Source of the DNA: a virus
Direction: 5' to 3' (one strand)
Length of the DNA: 64,000 bases
IMG/VR virus record: IMGVR_UViG_3300025151_003852
Coordinates: 32,001 to 96,000 of that record
In this document: in pieces, positions 1 to 11,200 of the stretch
How positions within the stretch are numbered: the first letter of the stretch is position 1
Layout of the letters: every line of letters begins with the position of its first letter
The notes under the pieces: model-generated
Database searches by the model: none
Told to the model about the DNA's origin: nothing
Seen by the model: only the letters and a program-made list of their open reading frames with translations
Program-made: the position numbers and the translations under genes

Positions 1-228
1 ATTACGAGTAATGCGACCATCGATCACTTTGATGTCAGGTCTGGCTTCTGCAAATACGCCGGAATCGATGACAATGTAATTACCTTCTGGTTTTTCACAT
101 GTATAAAAGTCAACGGTGCCGTCTTCTTTATAATACAACCTAAACTCAGGAGCCTCAATCTTGGGTGCTTCCCAAACAGTGATATATTCTTCGTTGTCAT
201 CAGTCGGACTGGTGTTTTTATCACTCAT
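1..228 (-). CDS. Hypothetical phage protein, runs off the window start (MSDKNTSPTDDNEEYITVWEAPKIEAPEFRLYYKEDG...)
   Basis: Manual translation: ATG at 228 overlaps the upstream stop (ATGA) and the frame is open to position 1. Not in the ORF track because it is truncated. Confidence 0.75.
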   Translation of the reverse strand, partial: MSDKNTSPTDDNEEYITVWEAPKIEAPEFRLYYKEDGTVDFYTCEKPEGNYIVIDSGVFAEARPDIKVIDGRITRN

Positions 229-1022
229 TGAATCGACTCCTTTATTTTATCAGAAAATGATTTGATATGATAGTGAAACGGATACGTCTGTGGGATTGTG
301 TTCACTCTTAATGTATGAGGATAAATCTCATACAATAAAGTATCAGTCCATTTTTCTGATGGTGTACCATTAATAAATTGCTTCATGTGTATCATAGAAA
401 ATTCTTTAAAAGTTGGAAGTGTAGACTTTTCAACTCCTATAAGATGACACGCATAAGCATAAATCCAGTCAGTCGTTGCTGGTTCATCTGGATTACATTG
501 AAGTGTGTCTCTAAACTCACTCCAATTCTCAAAGACATGTCTTACAATGTCAAAGAATTCTTTTGCTGTTTCTGACTTTTTAAAATAAGTTATAGCATTG
601 TATACGTCTGGCAGTTCATTATCGTCTATAAACCTACGATAGGTGCGTACATGCGATATATTCTGCTTGAAGTCACGTATATGTGTAGAGACAACTAAGT
701 CTCTTTGTTTAAGTATATCCCACCAATAGTCTATTGATGAAGGAATATACAAGTCTGCTTCTAATTTGATTGTGTGTTTATAAGGACTTGCTTCATACAC
801 TTGCCAATCATTGATAAGTTTCCAATCACTATCAGGTTCTAAGTCTCCATAGGGTAATGGAATAACTTTATGAAAAGCCTTACACTTTGTTTTGTCATCA
901 GAGATTAATGATACTTTTGCATCTGGCATCACTCTCATTATAGACTCTGCTAATTGTTCTGCACACTGGACATAGTTGACATCGGCTGTATTTTGTGCTA
1001 ATATAACGAAACCCTTATCCAT
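225..1022 (-). CDS. Putative glycosyltransferase (GT-A / nucleotide-diphospho-sugar transferase-like)
   Basis: N-terminal GFVILA strand, 'YEASPYKHTIKLEADL' (DxD-like ExD), C-terminal PFHYH; paralogous to the next gene. Confidence 0.55.
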   Translation of the reverse strand: MDKGFVILAQNTADVNYVQCAEQLAESIMRVMPDAKVSLISDDKTKCKAFHKVIPLPYGDLEPDSDWKLINDWQVYEASPYKHTIKLEADLYIPSSIDYWWDILKQRDLVVSTHIRDFKQNISHVRTYRRFIDDNELPDVYNAITYFKKSETAKEFFDIVRHVFENWSEFRDTLQCNPDEPATTDWIYAYACHLIGVEKSTLPTFKEFSMIHMKQFINGTPSEKWTDTLLYEIYPHTLRVNTIPQTYPFHYHIKSFSDKIKESIQ

Positions 1023-1881
1023 TCATAATCCCCACAAATAAATCTTTGTTCATAACATGAAAGTCCATGTCTTTAATTAGCATATATTCTTTTCTAACTT
1101 TGCTTTTCTTCCAATGATCAAACATGATTGTAAATTCTGTGTTAAAGTCATATACTTGACCGTCACAAGGCACTTGTACATCTACATTATTTGCATAGAC
1201 TGAAGTGTTTTTACCTACGTGTACTAAGTTCCATGGTATATAATCACTTGGTACATCTGTATGACCATTAACAATTTTAAGTGCAATTGTTAGTCCATAG
1301 TCATTACGATATACTCCACCAATAAAACTATGAATACCTGCATAATGTTCGTAATTGTTTTGCACCATTTCTAAAGTTTCAAAGATTTGCTTTGCACGTT
1401 CAGATTTCTTAAACATAATTACAGTTGCCCATAATGTTTCATATGAATAGCCCATCTTTTCTTGTGCCGCTTCTGGGTGCATAAGCATGTGTGTACGGTC
1501 ATGACAACAGAATGTGTCAGACAAGTCAAATGTTTTTAGTAGTGTATCAGAATTGACAAGATAGTCAACATCGATAAGGAGCGTTTCCTCATAAGGACTC
1601 AGTTCATATGCTTGATATCGACCTTTGTTGATCCAAGATGTTTGATCTTTAATATTAGTTAAATCAGGTTCAACTTCGACTACCCCGTCAAATACATTTC
1701 TATCATCTAATATAGTTTTGTATGTATCTACATCTGTAATTAGAGTTGTAGGTAAATCTAAAAATGCTCTTACTCTTTTTGCAGTATAGACGGCCATATC
1801 GGCATAATTATATTTGCTAGAATTAAAAGCAAATAAAACTACGCCTCTAGTTTTTACCTTTTCCTTTCTAGTTCTTTCCAT
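1015..1881 (-). CDS. Putative glycosyltransferase (GT-A fold)
   Basis: 'RGVVLFAFN', 'YELSPYEETLLIDVDYLV' with DxD motif, 'WATVIMFKKS', 'YRND', C-terminal 'DFHVMNK'. Confidence 0.6.
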   Translation of the reverse strand: MERTRKEKVKTRGVVLFAFNSSKYNYADMAVYTAKRVRAFLDLPTTLITDVDTYKTILDDRNVFDGVVEVEPDLTNIKDQTSWINKGRYQAYELSPYEETLLIDVDYLVNSDTLLKTFDLSDTFCCHDRTHMLMHPEAAQEKMGYSYETLWATVIMFKKSERAKQIFETLEMVQNNYEHYAGIHSFIGGVYRNDYGLTIALKIVNGHTDVPSDYIPWNLVHVGKNTSVYANNVDVQVPCDGQVYDFNTEFTIMFDHWKKSKVRKEYMLIKDMDFHVMNKDLFVGIMNG

Positions 1882-2159
1882 TCACTGTTCCACTCAGTCA
1901 TCACGTTATTATATGTTTTAGTAAGAGATTCTAACAATTGTAGTCTATCTACTTTTACTGGATTTTCAAACGTGTCGATAACGACAAGAGTTTCATCAGA
2001 AAATGAATTAAGAAAGCCTATAGTTTGAGCATCGGCATTCCACAAACCGCCTTGTTCTGCAATGACAAGTTTGCTCTTATATTTTTCTTGTAGGTATGCT
2101 TTGGCTGAATTATGACTAAATCTAGCCTTTGCATCTTTGATTAATTTTGTTGTATCCAT
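1854..2159 (-). CDS. Hypothetical helical phage protein
   Basis: ORF track gives 1854..2177. The ATG at 2159 (MDTTK) is preferred because GGGAG lies about 11 nt upstream and a CTAAATA promoter at 2181-2187 is too close to 2177. Confidence 0.65.
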   Translation of the reverse strand: MDTTKLIKDAKARFSHNSAKAYLQEKYKSKLVIAEQGGLWNADAQTIGFLNSFSDETLVVIDTFENPVKVDRLQLLESLTKTYNNVMTEWNSEWKELERKR

Positions 2160-2214
2160 AGTAAATAATACTCCCATGAGTATTTAGATGGATTTCAAAG
2201 TGACTGAAAAAAAC

Positions 2215-3168
2215 TTATGAGCCAGATACTGAACCTGAAACCGAAGGTGTTCCCCACGATGCAGACAAGTATGTAGTCTCAGGAAGTTGCACAGTACAAG
2301 TTACAGCACTACCACTAGTTGCTACTAAGTCATTAGGAATTTCGTCCCAAACAGAGTAGATTGTGATAACTGAACCAGTGTCACCGTTTGATCCTTGAGC
2401 ACCATTAGACTTAACAATGTATCTAATGAATGAGTTCAAGTAACCAGAAGGACCTGAGTCTGCTAACTGTGTAAATGCAGTTGCGTTTCCTGTTGTTAGT
2501 CCAAAATACCCTTTATCTGAATCAACAGTAGGTGAATTACCAGCACCACCGACTTTAGTAATACCAGAGTATGATGTACTTGCGATAGAAATTGTGCCTG
2601 AGTTAGGTGCAGACATAGTAACTGTTCCTGTGTCACTTGCTAAGTCTGAGAAAAGCAAGTTGATACCAGAACCAGTTGGGTGTGAAGCAGTCATTTTGAT
2701 TTGACCACCTGCGTTAAAGAAGTAACGAGCGGCATCACCTGATGCGAATGTAACTGTATGAGTGAATGTAAGACCATTCTGCCATGAAGTGCCACGTGTT
2801 GCTGTATCAGCAATAGTAGAACCTTGTGATGCGGCGTTTCTTCTGTTAGTATAAATTGTTGTTAAGTTTGTAGGGATAGCAGACAAATAAGTAACTGTTG
2901 AACCTGATGTAGGTGCAGTTACTGAGGTAATAGATGACCCCTGATGAGAAGCAGAAGATGCAGTATTAGTAACTAGAGCATTCCATTGCCCTGTTGCTAC
3001 TACAGTATCTCCACCACTTACTTGTGATACAGCAGTTTGTCCATAACCAGCAGTTGTTCCACCTGTTGCCCAAACTGTATTAAGTTTGTTGGCGCTTGTG
3101 TCTGGGTTGCTACCTACCAAATTATTAAAATCTGATGCTTCGATTAAGCCATTTTGTGCGTAACTCAT
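2215..3168 (-). CDS. Ser/Thr/Gly-rich virion structural protein (tail/baseplate associated)
   Basis: 317 aa, beta-rich composition, 'RYFFNAGG' motif, located in the baseplate/fibre cluster. Confidence 0.55.
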   Translation of the reverse strand: MSYAQNGLIEASDFNNLVGSNPDTSANKLNTVWATGGTTAGYGQTAVSQVSGGDTVVATGQWNALVTNTASSASHQGSSITSVTAPTSGSTVTYLSAIPTNLTTIYTNRRNAASQGSTIADTATRGTSWQNGLTFTHTVTFASGDAARYFFNAGGQIKMTASHPTGSGINLLFSDLASDTGTVTMSAPNSGTISIASTSYSGITKVGGAGNSPTVDSDKGYFGLTTGNATAFTQLADSGPSGYLNSFIRYIVKSNGAQGSNGDTGSVITIYSVWDEIPNDLVATSGSAVTCTVQLPETTYLSASWGTPSVSGSVSGS

Positions 3169-3183
3169 GTTAAAATCCCTAAA

Positions 3184-4401
3184 TTATTTTATTGTAACAA
3201 TGGCTTCTACTGTGCCAAAGTCAGATGTTGTTTTATCTTCTAATGCTCTACCGATAACGTTGAAAGCAGTTGCTTCGTCATTCTCAGCGGCTCTAGCATA
3301 CCCTTCTCCAGCACTTACAAGTCGTTGACCTTTACGTACTGTTCCTAATGTTTTCACTCGTACACGTCCTGTCATTGCAACAGCAGGGTGAGTATCATTG
3401 TCACCTGCGCCGTTGTTCATTAAGAACGCCATGTTATCTGAGATAACACCGAATACGTCTTCACTTAATTCATATTTAACAGCAGTAATTTCAGCAGGTC
3501 CGCCTAATTCTACTACTGTACCAGGCTCATATACATCATCAGCACTAAATCTTTCCGCCAAGTCAGCATATGTTGCTGTAAGACGAGAACCTGTTGATAG
3601 AGTCCAATTACCTGTAATTGTACCTGCTGTTGTGTTCGCACCAGTTGTTAATGTTGTTGCTTGAGTTTGTACTGTTAAAATATTACCGTTGTATGTTGGT
3701 AAGTATGATGCTACGTTTGAGTTACTATATGTACCTGCAAATGAGATAGGATCTCCGTTTGCATACATGTATTTGTCAGTTCTGATACCATATAAGTTAC
3801 CAGAGTTATTAATGTATATACCACCTGTATCTAGCAAAATAGCAGAAGCATTTGCACCAGTGTTACCTGTTACAGTCCAAATACCTGTTAATGTTCCTGG
3901 TGTCGTTGCTGAACCAGTAGTAATTGCTGTTGTTGTTAGTGTACCGATGTTTGCTGTTGTTATACTAGCATCTGCAATAGTTGCGTTTGCTGATATTGTT
4001 AAATATCCTGCTGTAAATGCGTTTGCTGTAACTTCGTTTGTTGCTGTAAAATTATTTGCTGTTGCGTTGCCTGTTATGTTGACTGATCCGAATGTTGTAT
4101 TACCACCTGATGCTGTTGAAGTCAATGACAACCAGGCTAAACTATTTGATTCGCCGTCTGTTGGGCAAACTTTTAACGTAGTGTCAGAAGTATCGTACCA
4201 AATTTGACCTCTTAGAGGATTAGCAGGTGGAGTGCTGTCTGCAAAATTCTCAGTTACATGGACAAAGTTAGTATCTAAAGACTGGCCATATCCTGCGTAG
4301 TTTCTACCAGGAAGACCTAATGAAGTACTACTCGTATTGATAGTACCGTCGGCGATGGTAGTTAAGACTGTCCCATCACTTTTTACAATTGTATATGCCA
4401 T
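3184..4401 (-). CDS. Tail fibre/baseplate protein with C-terminal peptidase G2-like (intramolecular chaperone) domain
   Basis: N-terminal 'MAYTIVKSDG...GRNYAGYG...ENFA...P.NPLRGQIWYD'; C-terminal 'YADLAERF..D..YEPGTVV..GG..EIT...VAMTGRV..K..G..RKGQRLVS'; GGAG SD upstream. Confidence 0.65.
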   Translation of the reverse strand: MAYTIVKSDGTVLTTIADGTINTSSTSLGLPGRNYAGYGQSLDTNFVHVTENFADSTPPANPLRGQIWYDTSDTTLKVCPTDGESNSLAWLSLTSTASGGNTTFGSVNITGNATANNFTATNEVTANAFTAGYLTISANATIADASITTANIGTLTTTAITTGSATTPGTLTGIWTVTGNTGANASAILLDTGGIYINNSGNLYGIRTDKYMYANGDPISFAGTYSNSNVASYLPTYNGNILTVQTQATTLTTGANTTAGTITGNWTLSTGSRLTATYADLAERFSADDVYEPGTVVELGGPAEITAVKYELSEDVFGVISDNMAFLMNNGAGDNDTHPAVAMTGRVRVKTLGTVRKGQRLVSAGEGYARAAENDEATAFNVIGRALEDKTTSDFGTVEAIVTIK

Positions 4402-4432
4402 TTTCTAATTCACTCCGTTAATATTATTTATC

Positions 4433-5053
4433 TTAAATGGTAACTAAATTAGTTAGAGATTGTATCCTAACCGTGTAATCTATTTGTATTTGCCTATTCA
4501 AGGACTTTTGAACAGGATGAAAGATTACATGAGTTAAAAGTCTTGTAATTACGTTCCCGTTTGCATCCGTTCCATAGTTTGCTAATAGTCCTAATTCATC
4601 AAATATGAAGTTAGAATCTGTTTGCGTACTGTTATCAAATGCGGCTTGTCCTGCAGGTTCTCCATAATCTAGTAAACATTGTACTAAGATATCTGTGTAC
4701 ACACGACCTGTTGTGTGAAACACTGTCATTTTATTTCTTGTTGGGTCTAAGTTAAAAACACTTGTATCATCTACGATTTTTGCATAAGTTTGATTATATA
4801 GAGCCGCATTCTGACCCGCAGTATTAGGTGGTAGATATGTAATAACACCTGTTTCATCAACAGAGGCTCCACCATTACCGAATGCCATCTGATATATCTC
4901 TCCGTAACCTCTACTAGATAATGTATCAGCAATTGCTTCCGACATGTTTTCGTAGTTAATTGCGTTCTTTGCTTCTTGTAAAATTTCGCCGGTGTTATAG
5001 TCTCTGATCGTCAGGAAACCTTCCATTTTTAGAATTTGTTGATCGCCAGACAT
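4433..5053 (-). CDS. Baseplate/tail-fibre attachment-type structural protein
   Basis: 206 aa with 'FDELGL' and 'LLTHVIFHPVQKSLNRQIQIDYTVRI', next to the giant baseplate gene; GAGGAG SD upstream. Confidence 0.55.
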   Translation of the reverse strand: MSGDQQILKMEGFLTIRDYNTGEILQEAKNAINYENMSEAIADTLSSRGYGEIYQMAFGNGGASVDETGVITYLPPNTAGQNAALYNQTYAKIVDDTSVFNLDPTRNKMTVFHTTGRVYTDILVQCLLDYGEPAGQAAFDNSTQTDSNFIFDELGLLANYGTDANGNVITRLLTHVIFHPVQKSLNRQIQIDYTVRIQSLTNLVTI

Positions 5054-5193
5054 TAACTATCTCCTCGCACTTGCACTAACACTTCTTTGGTGTCAGGATC
5101 AGTGATTTTAAGGCTTGAAGAAAAATAAATCCCGCTGTTTTCGTTGGGTTTTACTTCTTTCGGCTCTTGGTTCTCTGATTTATTATCGTTCAT
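5053..5193 (-). CDS. Small 46-aa protein (MNDNKSENQEPKEVKPNENSGIYFSSSLKITDPDTKEVLVQVRGDS), below the ORF-track cutoff
   Basis: Fills the gap exactly, its stop overlaps the next start (TAATG), and GATAAATA lies just upstream. Confidence 0.7.
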   Translation of the reverse strand: MNDNKSENQEPKEVKPNENSGIYFSSSLKITDPDTKEVLVQVRGDS

Positions 5194-5208
5194 CTCTTTA
5201 TTTATCAT

Positions 5209-8200
5209 TTACGTTATATCCGTATGTAGAAATTGTGCAGGAGCAGTTTCTGATATCGATAATGGATCTCCTTCAACTTTATTAAAGTTATAAGAGTTCC
5301 AACTTTGATCAATATACAAGTCAGGTAACTGATTATTGCTCAATAAACTAAACACTTCTGTATACTTGGCAGTGTAATTTTGCACTGCTGTACCATTTGC
5401 GCCTCGTTGTAATCCAGTAACTGAGTTGTTGTCAAAGTCTACACTAGTAAACTTGATTTGTTCCCCATTAATGTATAACACATTTCCTTCTAATGATGTA
5501 ATTGTCAATGAATCTCCTGCAGAAATGTACGTGCCATCTGTAATCTTTAAGATAGGTGCAAGTTCTTCAATAACAACTTCATATGTATCAGTGTCTAATG
5601 TGTTTCCTGTAGTATTATTTAGAACAGTTACACCACTCAAAATGTTTTTATCTGAGTTTAGACCAATTGAATAAATGTTATCAACTGGAGTAGGTGCAAT
5701 TCTGTCTTCTACTAAGTTATCTGTTACTCTAGTTACGTCACCTAAGTAAATTACTTGTGACAGAGGGAAGATAGGTTCTGCTAACCATGTTCTGCTTTGT
5801 GTATTTGCTCTATAAACTGACTGCTCTCCATCCTGATTGACTGCATTTAAATAAATTTCTTCATCAGGCGTTGAGTGTGGTATCATATTTGTTATAATCA
5901 CAACATCACCTGGTGCAATATCAGTTAATATGCTTACTTCATTGTCTTCATCTAATCTCAACTTGTTTGTTGGTAAACGATAACCGTTAACAGTGACCCA
6001 AAGTCTTTCGACATTAGTTTGTTCCCATTGTGTTACGTTCATAACACCTGTATCATTAGTTAAAGATACTTCACTGGATGCATTTCTAGTCAAGCCTATT
6101 GTAAATTCAGTACCACTTAAAATTTGTTTAATATAGTAAGTTGTTCCTTGTGTCAAACCACCTAACACTGGGGCGCCTGCTACTTGACCTTGTTGTGAGA
6201 AGATAACTTCATTATTAACAACAAGTTGACTTGTATCCTGACATGTAATTCTATTTGTTGTTGCTGTTGCAGTTGCCTGTGTAGTAACTAAGAAGAATGT
6301 TCCTTGTCTCCAAACATATCCACCTGAGATATAAGTGGATACACCAGTCACTGGGTAATTTACTGCATCTAATGCAGGGTTATATACTTGGGTATAAATT
6401 TCAAATCTATATTGATCGAACACTCTTACATAATATGAGTTACCGTTCAATTCAACAGCACCATATACGCCGTCAATTCTTACTAATTGATCAGTTGCTA
6501 GTGAGTGTGGTATGCCTGTTGTAATTCTTGTAGTTGGGTTGCCACCACATGTTGTAACCATTAAGCCTGTTGCTGTGCTTAATGAAACTTGTGCTCCTGT
6601 TTGATCTTTAATAGTTGCTGTTGTAGAATCTATAACATTTTCTACAAAGTAAACTGTACCTTGCTCTAGTCCACCAAAGTCAGTTCCTTGGAAGTAAATT
6701 TGTTGATCTACTGCAAAGCCCGATGTTGTGTCAAATGTGATCGCATTTGTAATACCATCTGTAGCAGTTGCTTGAGTGACACGAAGAGGTTCTTCTTGTC
6801 CAGTTTCGATGTTTGTAATGTTTGCAACTGTAATCGCATTTGAACTACCAACCATTGATCCTGAATCAGTTGTGACAGTCACTGGTGTGCCGCCTACTGT
6901 TAATGAAATTGTAAATGTAGTTGCATCGATAATTTCTAAAATATAATATGTTACGCCTGCTGTGATTCCACCTATAGTAGGATTAGAGAATACAATTGGC
7001 TCGTCTTCTGCTAAGACTGATGTATCAGCACAAGTTAAAGTGTCTAATAATTCATCATACATAACAACAGTAGGTGTATCTTGGTCATATGTCTCTACAT
7101 CTGGTGTGTCTTCATCAAATGTACCTTCAGTGTGAGTCGTTGCTGTAACTGTAATAGTTGTAAACGAACTACCTGAAGTACCTGAGATACCATATTGTGT
7201 TGTTAAGTATTGTCTTTCAGTGTTGTTATACGTTAAGACAGAAATTTTATCGTTAAGTGCCGGTGGTGCATTAAACAGCACAGAGTTAGTGCCGTCATCG
7301 ACAGTGTATTGAGAACTTGTTTGTCGTAATCCATTGACCTCAACGATTGCGTTGTGTGGATTATCTCCGCCATTAAAGTTGCTCATTGGGAACGATGCTT
7401 GTGATCCGTTACCAACATATTCTTGTATCTCTGGTACAGAGTATCCATACTGTGATGGGTCTCCTGAATCTCCAAAGATAGAATAAACAAGATAATCTTC
7501 TCCGTTTACATAACCTGTTGGGCTGGCTAATACAAGTTTTGCTTGTATGCCGTTTGGTTGTCTACCAATTGCATAATCATTAGTTACGTAAGATGATATT
7601 CCAGATGCATCACTTAAAGTAAAGACAGGTCCACCATCAGTTTCTGAAATTGTAAATTCGTTATTGTCTATAATTGATTCAATATAATATACAGTGTTTG
7701 GTGTAATATCTGAGCCAAACATATCTGCCGCAAATTGTATTCTGTTTCCTACAGCAAGTCCTGCAGTGGTTCCTACTGTAATTCCGTTATTTGATGCTTT
7801 AGTTCTGCTTACAGAATTTGTTTTTCCTAGTACTAGTCTAGTACCGTTATGATAAACAAGAGGATCAGTCCATACTGTACCACTTCCTGTTTGTATATTT
7901 ACGATCATTGAACCAGTTGCGTCTGTTAATGATTTGATTGGCCCTGCTAATCCTGTACTTGAATCATAAGTTTCTGATATCGTTATAGAATTTGTTGCTG
8001 TAGAAATAGATTTAACAAAGTAAGGTGTATCTTCTGCTACACCACCGAATACTACTCCTTGGAATGATATTGATTCATTTACTGTAAAGTCAGACACACT
8101 TACACAGACGATTGTGTCACCTGCCGCAATTGTTTCTGTTGCTTCTACTTCGACTGATGCAGAACCGGTTCTGATTGCTCCTGATCCTTGGAAGAATGAT

Positions 8201-11200
8201 GCACTATAATTACAGTTCAAGTAAATGTCATCAAACCCTGTTGATACAGTTTCTCTAATAGGATCAGTATCTGTGTTACCTTTAACTAATTGATTACCAT
8301 TACCTACTTCATAAACATCAACACGCAATGACTGTTTTGGAGCAAATGCTAATGGAGTATTCAATGTAATTACTTTTGTTATCCAATTGATAGAGTATTC
8401 ACTTGTTGCTAATCCAGTTCCTAAGCCTGTTATTGGATCAATAATTTGTACTGACATATCTATTGGGTATTGAACAAACTGATCGAAACTATAATCAACT
8501 TGGAATTCAGTTGCAGGTTCAATAACTCTACTCACAACATTAAATCCTGTGTGAGAATATTGAGTAACGTCCCATACTGTTCCAGGACGTGTAACTACTG
8601 TTAAGTTTAGATTGTCTTTAACTAAGCCAGGCACTAATTCTTCTGGTCCGTATCCAGAAGTAAATTCATCTCCTTTAACATCATACACGGGTGCTTCTAC
8701 TGTGAATACACCTGTTGATGTCCAAGTTACGCCTGAATCTGTAGATTGTAAGATTGCATTGTTGTCTCCAACAACTACAAACGTATCTGTTTCTGGTGAG
8801 TATGTTACTCCGTTCAAGTCTTGTGTTGTACCTGATGTCTGTGTTGTCCAACGTAAGCCGTCAGATGAAGTTTGTATTCTACCGTTGTCTCCAACTGTCA
8901 TCCAAATACTATCAGCATAAATGACATCACGTAAAACATCTGAGTTTGCATCGTATAGATACATTCTTGCTTGTAATGGAATAACATCATCTACTAATGT
9001 TACTTGTGATGTTAGTCCTGAATCAGTATACACTTCTACCTGCGTAGAACTTACGATGTTTATATAATAAGTTGTATCTATAAGCAATCCACCGAATGAG
9101 TCTGTGAATCTAACTGGGTCTGCATTGATAAAACCGTCTGTATTAGTAACGTTAAGTTCATTAGAAGATTCGTTTATAGACACGATTCCTACTTCATTGA
9201 TTCCTGTCCAATCTCCGCCGTTGTTTGTTTGATACTTGACATCATTCTCACCTACTGCAATTGCAATAGTGCCATTACTTGCTACACCATACAATCCATT
9301 TGGAGTAAGTTGTGGTCCGTCTTGCCAGTACTCTCCAGTTGGTTCATAAGAGTACGCAATAATGTTAGTATCGATTAATTCTGTTACACCAGTTGAGTAA
9401 TCATATTTTTTACCTTTACCAACTGCAATGAATCCACCAAAGCCTGTAGTGTCAATTGAATTGACTCCATATAAAGTTACTGCTAATGGTGTGTCGTATA
9501 CTTTTCTTTCTGTCCATACGTATGTGTCAGGAGAGTTAACAATTCCTTCTCCAACACTTACATAATAATTGTTTCTGTGTGCTGTACTTTGCAACGTGAT
9601 TGCCGCAATCGACAATGATGTTGATGAATATGGATTAGTATCATATGGTAAAGCACCGTATGGTGTGAACCAACCGTTTGTTGTCCATGTAACTCCGTCG
9701 TTTGATCTATAGATTGGTGTCGCAGTATTTGTAGTTGTCATTACATATAAGCCGCCACCGTATACTATGTCAGTTGCGTTAACGACAATATTTGAAATTT
9801 GTTTTGTTGACCAACTCTGTCCTTCGATAGACGCAATAACACCTGTGTACTTGTCAAAGTTAGCAGATGCTATGTAGTTTATTCCGTTCCATAGAACACC
9901 AGTAATAGATACTCCTGTTGGATAGAACGGCTCATCTTTCAATACAGTGTCTACAGTAAATTGATCTTCAGGTGCAAATGCATTACCCAAATAAACTGCA
10001 TTTGGATATGTTATACCTGTAAATAATTGCTCTAAGTCTATACCCGGCATATTAATGTTCGGCTGATAGTAGCCCTCGACTCTATCAAGTGCATTTAATA
10101 CTCTATCATCTGATCTTAACTCTTCCCACTTACCAATGATAAATTCTGAGTCATTATTAGAAATAACACAACGATAAACTCTGTCTAAGTATTTGATAAT
10201 AGACTGATTAAAGTAGAATGGTTCTGGTAAGAATGCATATCCACCTGCTTTAGATAAAGTGAGTCCTGTGATCGATACTGTTGTGATCACATTTACAACA
10301 GTACCACCTGGATTACTTGAAATTGTTACTTCATTTGTACCAGTGTCAATTGTTTTAATGTAGTAAGACGTTGATACTTGTGCATCTATTGAATTATTGG
10401 GTACTACACCTTCAAATATAACTTCATCATTCAATGAGAATCCACTTACATCTGTCAACGTAATTGAATCTGTTCCTGACGTACATCCTGTAACGTCAGT
10501 TGTTGTAAACCCATCAAATGCAAATCCTATACCACTAACTGGTACAGTCATTCTTGCATCTGAATAAACTTCTAATGTATTTTGTCCAACAACTTTTAAG
10601 TAATAATCTGTTGTAAGATCATTAGGTTCGCCTGAAACAATTAAACTTGTTATTGTTCCGTCTGCATCAACTGAATTAACTTTTAATGTAGCATCGTTAA
10701 GAGGAGAATCTCCGCCTAACTCAGAACCTGATATAGTAATAACATTATCGATTGCATAACCTTCGCCTGCATTAGATAAAATTACTCTGTACCCACCTAA
10801 TTTATATCCTATATCAAACACGCCATCTACAGTTGGTGTTTGTGATAAACTAAATGTAGAATTAGTATCGGCTACAGTAACATCTTGTGTTCCACCTTTA
10901 GAAGTTGAAAGTCTTATCCAAGGGTTACCGGTACCGACCATTGGGCCGTTATCATTTTGTAATACGAATGTACTTCCACCTGCGACTTCTGTGATTGTAA
11001 ATTGAGTTGAACTATCAATTGACTTAATATAATATTCATCTCCTACTACGATGTTTCCTAAACCAACACCAGTAAATCTAATTGGCATATTCACCCAAAG
11101 TGATGAAGTATCTGCACATGTAATTCTGTTTGTGCTAGATGAAGTAGATGTACAATCTACAGTTATGTATGTACTTTCATCTCCGTCTAATGAGAAGTCA

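Noticed and set aside
24-224. ORF-track 66-aa ORF on the minus strand
   Set aside because: Alternative frame of the more plausible gene starting at ATG 228, which is coupled to the upstream stop and open to the window edge.
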